This document shows, piece after piece, positions 25,837 through 36,224 of a stretch of 64,000 nt of DNA (positions are counted from its first letter, which is position 1; every line of letters starts with the position of its first letter). The stretch is from assembly GCA_964016885.1 (NCBI GenBank), contig OZ024743.1:169818001-169882000 (forward strand), given 5' to 3'. This DNA is from Eledone cirrhosa. Lineage: Eukaryota. A model generated the notes under the pieces. The model did not search any database. It was not told the DNA's origin and saw nothing but the letters and a program-made list of their open reading frames with translations. The translations under genes were made by a program, and so were the position numbers.

Positions 25837-26196
25837 GGAGGCACATGGCTTAGTGGTTAGAGCATTGACCTTGCAATCGAAAGGTTGTGAGTTCAATTCT
25901 CAGACCGGGTGATGTGTTGTTTCCTTGAGCAAGACACTTTATTTCACATTGCTCCAGTTTACTCAGCTGTAGAAATGAGATGATAGGGACTGGGGTCCCT
26001 ATCATTCCACTGCAAAGTGGTTGTGGAGGTGCCACGGCAAAAAAGCACCCAGCACTCACTGTAAAATGAGGTTGGTGTTAGGAAGGGCATCCAGCTGTAG
26101 AAATCAAGCCAGCATCAGTTCCCGTCCCACCCTTGCAAGCAGGGAAAAGTGGACGTAAAATGAAATGAAATGAAATGAAATGAAAAATGAAATGAA
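25837..26196 (+). mobile_element. tRNA-derived CORE-like SINE with an RTE-LINE-derived 3' tail
   Basis: A box TGGCTTAGTGG, B box GAGTTCAATTC and CORE-like ccttgagcaagacactt..ctccagtttactcagctgtagaaatgag. The 3' half matches the LINE UTR at 29955-30205. Ends in (AAATG)n. Confidence 0.8.
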
Positions 26197-27805
26197 AGTT
26201 GATGTCATCGCCATCATTGTCACATGAATCACAACTATCTTCATTAATATCACTTGGGCACTGATAACTAGTTGAAGCAACGTCCATGTATAAGCGCATC
26301 TTTGTCTTCCTGTTTTCAAATCTTTGCGCTCTTTCTGTAGTTCTTTTTCCACCTGAAGTTATATCTCTATCTACAGGCCCTAACTGATTAAATCTTTTTT
26401 TCTGTCCAACAAATGATTCCCATTCCATTATTGGTATTCTTACGTCACACCTACAGTCAGATCTTTTTATTTGTTTGTCATAACACGTGCAGTTTCATAT
26501 ATCAAACATTTCATTGAACTCCTCTAATTTCTTATCAAAACTATCTCCTCTTTGCTTGATAGGTATTTTGTTTAATTTATAAGCAGATTCAATCAATCTC
26601 TCAATTTTTAGAGCTATTCCCTCAAACCCAATATAAGGAAAAGAAAATGTGTCCCATATTGTTTGCACAGTTGCAGCAACAATCCGGTAGCATTCTTTCG
26701 CTGGGTGAAGTTTTTGATATCTATTCTTCATGTTTTCTTATGTATAAATAATATCGAAATACATCAGCTTTTGATGGGGTCATTGCTGTAGGAAATTCTG
26801 CAGGAAATCCAAATGCTGAATTACGGCTTTTACTTCTAGTTGCCATTATATAATTTTATATACTTAAATTATTAGTTTAAATTTATGTAGGTATTTTTGT
26901 AAAATTATAATACAATTTAGCTCTGAAATAATCTGAAAAACAAAAGAAAATCATTTAACAAATGTATACATTTTCTAAAAAAAAATTCATTTAACACATA
27001 TTGAAAAGTTGTAATTTTACCATGTTGGAGGGGTACCTTCCTACCAATTGTCTTATATCTCAATGTTTTTGCTGTCTTTACTCATCAGATGTTTTAAACA
27101 AGGTTTCTACAGTGAAATATGACCAAATGTTTCATATCCATAAGCAATTTAGTATATATGTGTTAGAGATTATATGATTAATATAGAAAATTAGGGTATT
27201 TAATTGTGGGGGGTGTATGCGAGGGGTATGGCGGGGTCACATAACCCTAATTTTCATATATTTCATTTAGAATACTATTTGAAACTGTGCATACGGTGGA
27301 ATTAAGGTTCCTTAAAAATGGTTGTATTTCGACCCCCTGTAATATACACAAACATATTATGCGTAAATATATGCCTATGTACAATACATATGCATGCATA
27401 TATATTACAAACATATACATAGAACATACAATGCAACAGGGTAACTGTGAAAAGTAACAGGGTGGGGAGAGGGGTTAGGCCATGTCTGCCACTCTGCAAA
27501 CCGGAAGGTGGTGGATAGGGGCATATACACACACACACACACACATATACACAGGTAAAGCGAGAAATTATACACTGATTATGTCTGTTAACAAAAGTTA
27601 GAAGCGAAAATGCTTGAGAGGAGCACTGGAGAGTTTTCCCATTCACCATATTCAGAATGCTATACTATTTACATGGATACATTTACTGTATAGTTCACTC
27701 TCCTCAGACATTTTCACCTTTACCCCTTGTTGACATTCACACAGGTTTCTATTAGATTACTTGTTTCAGTCATCAGATTGCAGCCATGCTGGAGCACTGT
27801 CTTTT

Positions 27806-27837
<32 letters not shown>

Positions 27838-28055
27838 TTGCAGATATTCTATGGTTTAAAAACATATTGTAGCCATGAATTAAGTTTCATGCATCCCTAA
27901 ATGGTCGTGTATTGATGTGTCGGTGATCAATGTGTGTGGTAAGAATAAAGCTTTTATAAAAGACCATTAGAATGGTTTACCATTAGAAGGGGCATGCCAG
28001 GATTATGAGTCCCTGATTGGAACAATATGTTCTTACTCAAATAAGGGTACATATC

Positions 28056-30226
28056 GAATTCAAGCATATTTTGCAACGTGAGGACCAGAAACAGGAGGTG
28101 TTCAAGATTGCGAGGCAGTGTGTCAGAGAGAGTTGTGATGTCATTGGAGAGAAGTGTATCCGGAATGATAAAGGTGAGCTTGCCCTCACAAGTGCTGAGA
28201 AGAAAGATGCATGGAAGAGTCATTATGATAGATTACTAAATGAGGAGAATGCATGGGAAGAAGAGACCCTACCCCAAGTAGACCCTATAAAGGGGCCAGC
28301 AGTACAAGTCAGCAGCAACATAGTAAGTAAGGCAATCAAAGATATGAAGATGGGGAAGGCAACCGGTCCATCGGGTATAGCTGCCGAGATGCTGAAGGCA
28401 TCTGGGTCTGTAGGTCACACTATAACCACACGTATTGTTAACCAGGTAATACTAGAAGGTGTCATACCAAAAGATTGGTGCAGTAGCATCATTGTCAACT
28501 GCTACAAAGGTAAAGGTGATGCACTAGATAGAGGAAACTATAGAGGTATAAAGTTGATGGACCAGGTCATGAAAGTAACAGAAAGAGTTATAGCACAGCT
28601 GATTAGGGACCGGGTGAAAATAGACAAGATGCAATTTGGGTTTGTACCAGGAAGAGGCACCACTGATGCCCTCTTCCTTGTGAGGCAATTACAGGAAAAG
28701 TACCTAGCTAAAAGTAAGCCACTCTACTTGGCATTTGTCGACCTTGAGAAAGCCTTTGACAGAGTTCCACGTGCTGTAATCTGGTGGGCTCTTAGAAAAC
28801 TAGGAGTAGATGAATGGCTTGTGAAAGCGGTACAAGCCATGTATAGGGGAGCAGTCAGCAAAGTTAGGATTAGCAATGAGTATAGCGAGGAATTTAGCGT
28901 ACAGGTTGGGGTCCACCAGGGCTCTGTTCTTAGCCCCCTTCTGTTCATCATAGTCCTGCAGGCAATAACGGAGGAGTTTAAGACCGGATGCCCATGGGAA
29001 CTCCTGTATGCTGATGACCTCGCACTTATAGCTGAATCTATGGTAGAACTAGAGAATAAATTCCAAACATGGAAGCAGGGACTAGAAAGAAAGGGTCTCA
29101 AAGTCAACATGACAAAGACTAAGGTCCTTGTAAGTAGACGAGAAAACAGAACCCAGATCCCCTCAGGGAAATGGCCTTGCTCAGTATGTAGGAAAGGTGT
29201 AGGTAGGAACTCCATTCTCTGCCCCAGATGCAAACAATGGGCACACAAGAGAAGTAGCGGGATCTCAGGAAGCTGAATTAAGAATGTAGGCTTCACATGC
29301 AGCAGCTGTGCTGGGACAGCAAGCAGCAAACAGCCACAGGAAACAAGTACCACCAATCTCTGGGAGGGCTCTGTAGAAACAGTAGACAGCTTCTGCTACC
29401 TAGGTGACCGAATTAGCAGCGGAGGTGGGTGTTCAGAAAGTACAATAACTAGGGTAAGAACGGCTTCTCCCTCAGAATGAAAGGCAGACTGTATGATGCG
29501 TGTATCCGAACAGCGATGTTGCATGGTAGTGAGACCTGGGCGGTGAAGGTGGAAGACTTATGTAGATTAGAGAGAAACGAAGCCTGCATGCTCCGATGGA
29601 TGTGTAACAGTAATATACGTGAACGACAAAGCATTAATGAATTGAGAGAGAGACTGAGCATAAGAGGAATCAAATGCTGTGTACAGGAGAGGCGGTTGCG
29701 CTGGTATGGACATGTGATGCATATGAAGGATGACAGCTGCATAAAAAGGTGCAGAGCACTAGAAGTCGATGGAAACCGCGAAGTGGGGAGACCCAAGATG
29801 ACCTGGGATGAGGTGATAAAAGCCAACCATACCCAATTACACCTCTCAAAGGCAATGACACACGACCGTGTCCTCTGGCATCACGCAGTAATACAGAGTA
29901 CCCGACCTCCCATGGGTACAAGCTGAAGCATATAGACAATATGCCCCCCCCCCCCACTGCAAGGTGGTCGTGGAGGTGCCACGGCAAAAAAGCACCCAGC
30001 CCACACTGTAAAGTGGACGTGTAGGCGCCACGAAAAAGCACCCACCACTCACTGTAAATGAGGTTGGTGTTAGGACGGGCATCCAGCTGTAGATATCAAG
30101 CCAAATCAGTTCCTGTATGAGCAAGGCATGGTCAGCCGACCAGACACTGCCCACAACAGGACAACCCGTCTAACCCATGCTAGCGTGGAAGAACGGACGT
30201 AAAACGGTGATGATGATGATGATGAT
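28056..30226 (+). mobile_element. 5'-truncated RTE-type LINE (RT with PHD-like finger)
   Basis: Motifs NYRGIKL, QFGF, FVDLEKAFD, GVHQGSVLSP, LLYADD and WPCSVC..C..C..W.HKR. Stop at 29274-29276 and a small deletion near 29462. 3' UTR ends in (GAT)n. Confidence 0.92.
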
Positions 30227-30819
30227 CATCATCATCATTTTCCGTGAAACTAACCAAACCATTATACTTGTGCTGGTTTGTCCAGCATTGGATTTTGTTA
30301 TTTGGACAATTTGAGAAATAACACAAAGAATGTACATTACTTAAAATAGCAGAAAATATTTCATATAGGGGAGTTAGTTATTGTTGAAAGAGACCATGAT
30401 TCAACACATGTAATTGCTTTTAAGAATGAGTGACAGAATGATAAAAAAATACCACTTTCTAAATCTCAAATGTTAACTTAATCTCTCTCTATATAAAATT
30501 CTTTGTCTCTCAATCTGTCTGTCTTTCCCTTTTGACCTCACAAAACCGCCCCCCCCCCCCACACACACTGACTGAAGGGACGTAGTTTTGGACGTGCAAC
30601 TGGTGGACATGCAGGTGCTATTTTTAGCAATGCATTGCAATGACCAATACAAGATAATTATAATTATGAAGCTGGTTTACAAAACAGAGTAGTTTGTTTT
30701 TTACAACTGGTACATAAGACGTATAGAAAAGGTATCATAATCCAAATGGCCAGATAGGATCGGATAGCTTCTATTAGGAATTCAATTTGACTCCAGTTTA
30801 GATGGTTCAATGTTTTCTC

Positions 30820-32373
30820 CTATAATACAATTCGTCAGAATTTACTAAATCATATCCAAAAAGCAAGATACTATGGTCTGCTGATTGATTTGACCCTTGA
30901 CCAGGTGCACCGAGAACAACTGTCAAAAGTTGTGCGATATGTCGATGTTGATTTCAATATGAAGACAGTTGTTGTGAGGGAATCTTTTCTTGGATTCATT
31001 CAAGTAATCAAAAAAGATGCCGCAAGCCTTGTTGAAACAATCATGAAAGAACTAGAAAAAGATGACACCTACCACTGCAGAACTGTCAATTGCAGTGCTA
31101 CGACAAAGCTGCCATAATGGCTGGGCACCGCAGTGGGGTTCAACAGAGAAGGAGAGGGAAGAATAATTTGATTAAACTTCGTTAATTGCGATAACCATTC
31201 ACTTAATCTGGCTGGTCTTCATGCCGCCAAAAACGATTCTGCTATGATGAACTTTTTCAGTTGCATTGACTCGTTATACAATTTTTTTTCTTGTTCAACA
31301 CGACGATGGGAAGCCCTTAAAGAAGTTGCTCCAGTGGTTGTTAAATATCCTTCCGACACGCGGTGGAGTGCTAGATGTACCGCAGTCAGACCAGTGGCGA
31401 ATTATTTGACGCTGATTGTTCAAGTTCTCGAAAAAATTAGTGATGATGAAACAGAGACATGCGAGAGTAGAAGTGATGCCAGTAATCTCCATAATTGGAT
31501 ACTGAGTTATGAATTCCTGAACTTGATTGGATTCTGGAACACGATTCTCTCTCGAATTGACCGGATTCAAAAGAGACTTCAAGATCCAAGAATGAATTTT
31601 CACAATGCTGCAGTTGATATAGGAGCCCTTCAACTTTATTTTAAAGAAGAAGGAACATCCTTAATCCACGAGTCTCTTGAAATGGGCTTCGACCTCTGCC
31701 AGAAATGGAATGTCGATTTTCCGAGGAGGTGAGGGAGACGACAAACCAATATCAGAAATTACTGAGGACATTGAGGTGGCTGCCCGAAAAGAGATAGAGA
31801 GAGCAATGCAAAGTTCACTCAATCGTCTTCAAACAGAAATGGAAGAACAGATTATTCAACTTAAGGAAACCGATTCAAGTTTTGGCTTTCTTCTTGATGT
31901 CAACTATCTGTTTTATTTGGCTGCTCCTGATAACCTTGTCCTTAAACAAAGGTGCAACAGTCTTGTGGAACTATACAACTCTGACATCGACGGAGAGCAA
32001 TTGTATGAGGAAATCTTGGACTGCCGATCTTTGCTGGCTACTAGGACAGCTGATCCAATTTTAAAGCCGGAGGCACTTCTCCAATTCATCATACAATACG
32101 GCGATGAATGTGTTTTTCCCAATATACGAATCAGCATTCGAATAATGTTGACGATTTCTATTTCAATTGCCAGTTACGAGAGGTCGTTCAGCAAGATGAA
32201 GCTAATACATTCGTATTTGCGAACCTCAATGGGCCATCAACGGCTGACTGACCTCACCCTTTTGAGTGTAGAAATCGAAGAGTTTGAACGAACTTATTTC
32301 GAGGAAATTATCAACCAGTTTGCTTCAATTTTGATGCTTGCCTTGGGCACCGTTTACCCTAGCTACGCCACTG
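30820..32373 (+). mobile_element. hAT (Tip100/ZMYM1-like) transposase relic with right TIR
   Basis: Motifs EQLSKVVRYV, ESFLGF, QCYD..MAG..SGVQ, NCDNHSLNL, SDTRWSAR and ERSFSKMKLIHSYLRTSM (hATC dimerisation domain). Terminal ctagctacgccactg ends at 32373. Confidence 0.88.
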
Positions 32374-32714
32374 CTTCTAAAGGCTTGCAGTGAGTTGAGT
32401 AATAATTTTTCATAGAAGAGAAAATCATGCAAAAGACAACATAATGAATATACATGGACTGAAATATTACACAATTATTTGTTGAAAGACACATAGTGAT
32501 TTGTATTAACACGGAAATACATTGAAGTAAAAGAAGTCTTTAGGCACAAAAGAAAAGCTGTCTCAAAGTTAAAAGATAGAAATAAAAGATACATGTAGGA
32601 TGAGAAAAATAGAAAGATTTGAGAAGCATGCACAATATGAGAGTTATGTTAGTCTTAACTGAGAAGATTTTATATATCTTAGACAGGAATGAACCTCCGT
32701 TGGTTTCGACAATC

Positions 32715-32835
32715 AGAATACCAGTTGTTTATTCAACAGAACAGCATGCTCATGAAATTAATGTGTAAGTGGCTGAGCATTCCACAGATACATGTACCCA
32801 TAATGTAATTCCCAGAGAGATCCAGTGTAACTGTG

Positions 32836-32836
<1 letters not shown>
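32715..32836 (+). mobile_element. Probable fragment of another SINE-like dispersed repeat
   Basis: gaaattaatgtgtaagtggctgagcattccacagatacatgtaccc resembles a common cephalopod repeat from recollection. Only one copy in this window. Confidence 0.35.
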
Positions 32837-32879
<43 letters not shown>

Positions 32880-32882
<3 letters not shown>

Positions 32883-35025
32883 CATACATACATACATACA
32901 TACATACATACATACATGATGGCTGCCCCCTCGTTATCGAGTATGGCCATTGCACGAGAAGAAAAAAAATAATAATAATAAATAAATAATAAAAAAAAGA
33001 TATATATATATATATACATATACATACACATATACAAACACACACACACACACTCACACACACATACACACACACATACATTAATAACAATAGTAATAAT
33101 AATAATAATAACAACAATAAAAATAACGACAACAACAATAATAATATACATATATATATACACACACACACGCAAACACAAGCATATCGACACACGATAG
33201 CAACTAACAGCGCTGCGATCGAATGTGGCTTTTTAGCCCAGCCAATGATCTAAAATGTCTTGCACAGAGTCGGCAACCAAAACATTCACTGGGAATAGTC
33301 GGCTGTGGTTGGAGTTTGTGTACTTTTGCATGTCGCTTGAGCCCTCCTGCTGATTTACATTCTCTACCACATGTTTGGCAAGCATGATGAGTAGCATCTC
33401 CAACAGCAGCCTGGTAGTCAACCACAGGTCTTACTTTATGACTGCGAAGATGACTTTCGAGTCCAGCTTTGCTTAGGCAGAGTCTCGCACAGACGCTGCA
33501 TGTCAGCACCATAGGAGGACCCTCGCCGTCTGGAAGTGCAACAGCAATGCCCTTCCTCACATCCCGCTTTACTTTCTCGTATGCGATTCGAGATGCCTCA
33601 AAGGCAACTTTTCCCTCATATACAGTCTTTCTCCATTTATTACGATCAGCAGCAATATTTTCCCATGTATCAGCAGAGATGTTAGCGTCTTTCAGAGAGG
33701 CTTTCAAGGAATCCTTATACCTCTCTTTTGGTTTATGTGGCGGTCGTTCTCCTTTAACCAACTCTCCATAAAAGAGTTGTTTTGGTATTCTAGAATCCTT
33801 CATCCTGGCAAGGTGACCACTCCAACAGAGTCGTTGCTTAAGCACAAGAGCTTCTATACTGTCACACATAGAGCTTTCCAAAATCTCGACATCACTGATG
33901 TGGTCCCTCCAGTGAACGCCATGGATCCGTCTGAGACACATCTGATGGAAACGCTCCAATTGCTTAAGGTGGTGTTGATATGTGACCCAGGTCTCGCAGG
34001 CATAAAGAAGACAAGAGAGCACACATGCCCTGTACACATTCACCTTTGTCCTCCTGCATATGTTCCGCCGACCCCAGAGTCGCCTTTCTAGCTTTCCGAA
34101 AGCATCACTTGCTTTCCTAATCCTAAGTGAGATTTCACTGTCAAGGTTGCTGTATCGATTGACAGTGCTTCCCAGGTAGACAAACTGATCAACCACTCCA
34201 AGTCGTTTGCCATACACATAGATGTTTGGTTCAGTGTACTGCTTACCAGGGGCAGGTTGGTACATGACGACGGTTTTCTTGAGACTGACAGTCAGACCTA
34301 GGGCAGTCCAAGCGTCAGAAAATGCATTCAAAATGTGCTGCATATCACTCTCTGTGTGCGCTACAAGATCGCAATCATCTGCATACAAGAGGTCGCTTAT
34401 GATTGATGTAAACACTTGTCTTCGCAGCAAAGCGCCTGATGTTAAATATGCTGCCTGAGGTTCGATATCGGATGTAAACACCATGCTCGCAATTCCTGAA
34501 TGCAATACAGAAAACCATTGCAAAGTATATGGCAAACAGGGTCGGTGCTGGAAATCCCCCTGTTTCACTCCATTTTTTACTGAGATAGGCTCCGACATCT
34601 TACCCCCGACATTAACCCAAGCCTTCATGTCGTCATGGAAAGACCTAACTAAAGCAAGGAACTTATCAGGGCAACCAAGTTTCTGGAGAACCTTCCATAA
34701 TGCATCTCTGTTGACAGTATCGAAAGCTCTTGTCAGATCGACAAAAACCTGATACAGATCCAAGCCTTGTTCCATGCACTTCTCCTGGAGCTGTCTAGCT
34801 GAGAAGATCATATCAGTAGTGCCGCGTCCAGCACGAAAACCAGATTGACTTTCAGGAAGAACACAATCTGCAATGTGTGTCAGCAGACGGTCCAGAAGCA
34901 CCCTACATAAAACTTTCCTTACGACAGAAAGCAATGATATACCTCTGTAGTTCCCACAATCGTTCCTGTTACCCTTTCCCTTGTACAAGACCACCATTAC
35001 TGCATCTCTCCAGTCCTCAGGTACG
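32880..35025 (-). mobile_element. 5'-truncated RTE/BovB-type LINE: RT, three C2H2 zinc fingers, (ATGT)n tail
   Basis: Motifs NYRGISLL, QSGFR, FVDLTRAFD, GVKQG, LLYADD and FVYLGS. Fingers CSVC..H..H, CQTC..H..H and CRLC..H..Q. The 3' end reads ggccatactcgataacgagggggcagccatc(atgt)n. Confidence 0.92.
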
Positions 35026-35029
35026 GATT

Positions 35030-36146
35030 CATACATACATACATACATGGTGGCTGCCAACTCGTTTTCGAGTACGGCCACTACTTTATATCCATGTAAG
35101 AGAACCCCTACCGATACGCTGAACGAGTGTGACGTTTTAGTCCAGCCAGCGACTTGAAAACTCTGGTACAAACACTACACTTGTGACAATTATTGACACA
35201 TAGTGCTGGGCTCATGTTACCATATGACGACAAGTGTAGAGAGATCTCCAGATATAAAGCAATGCTTGTGGCGTGAAGCTTTTATAGTGAGCAAAGGCAC
35301 TGCACAAAGCCAGTCCCACTCTCTTAACCAAGATGATATTTACCAAAAAGAAGAACAAGTCAACATCATTGGATACCATCAGGGTTGCAGGTGTTATATC
35401 AGAGTTTTCCTTCTCCTAGAATTCTGCCTTGACAAAAGCTAAGGGGTCATCTCTCCTGGTGATTTTGGATGGCCATTGACTCTTAAGAGCTCCTTTGGCC
35501 TTTGATACATACATACATACATACATACATACATACATGGTGGCTGCCAACTCGTTTTCGAGTACGGCCACTACTTTATATCCATGTAGGAGAACCCCTA
35601 CCGATGCGCTGAACGAGTGTGACTTTTTAGTCCAGCCAGCGACTTGAAAACTCTGGTACAAACACTACACTTGTGACAATTACTGACACATAGTGCTGGG
35701 CCCATGGTACCATGTGACGACAAGTGCAGAGAGATCTCCAGATATAAAGCAATGCCTGTGCCGTGAAGCTTTTATAGTGAGCAAAGGCACTGCACAAAGC
35801 CAGTCCCACTCTCTTAACCAAGATGATATTTACCAAAAAGAAGAACAAGTCAACATCATTGGATACCATCAGGGTTGCAGGTGTTATATCAGAGTTTTCC
35901 TTCTCCTAGAATTCTGCCTTGACAAAGGCTAAGGGGTCATCTCTCCCGGTGATTTTGGATGGCCATTGACTCTTAAGAGCTCCTTTGCCATTTGACAGGT
36001 TTTGTTTTTAGTCCTGCAGGATGTCCAAAGTCACCCTCCTCACCAAGAAACCTTGGTGGGGTTGCCAGTTTAGTCGCCAATGACCCGACCATGGGACAGG
36101 TTGTACTGGGATACATGTTACCAGTAGCACCAACTGGTGACCTGAC
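35030..36146 (-). mobile_element. Tandem (490-bp period) non-autonomous RTE-tailed elements; the upstream copy has an extra RTE-like 5' leader
   Basis: 35030-35502 and 35520-35990 are near-identical. Each ends on the minus strand in ggccgtactcgaaaacgagttggcagccacc(atgt)n, like the adjacent LINE. Confidence 0.8.
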
Positions 36147-36170
36147 ATACATACATACATACTTACATAC

Positions 36171-36205
<35 letters not shown>

Positions 36206-36224
36206 GTAATAATAATAAATTTGA

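Larger units (their letters stand above)
23867..27341 (-). mobile_element. hAT-superfamily (hATm-like) DNA transposon, decayed, with two nested SINEs
   Basis: Identical 8-bp flanks ATATACAC at 23859-23866 and 27342-27349. Imperfect TIRs ta..agggtgtcgaaat / atttcgaccccctgta plus subterminal IRs. Transposase fragments FDGRKDKT..EEH..GTPVNTG..GGVI, LSSDQKYL..HHARWLTRANR and YAPSWF. The subfamily name is from recollection of motifs. Confidence 0.75.

Noticed and set aside
28724-29826. Long antisense ORFs over LINE and Helitron coding regions (also 16170-16799, 41484-42440, 52163-53850)
   Set aside because: They are shadow frames of the transposon ORFs with no independent motifs.
30481-30540. Helitron-like 5' end (tctatataaaatt..ctgtctgtc)
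   Set aside because: No matching 3' hairpin and CTAG end was located.
35026-35171. N-terminal 48 aa of the 655-aa ORF as part of the RT protein
   Set aside because: It derives from the 3' end and (ATGT)n tail of the upstream non-autonomous unit, so the in-frame fusion is probably fortuitous.
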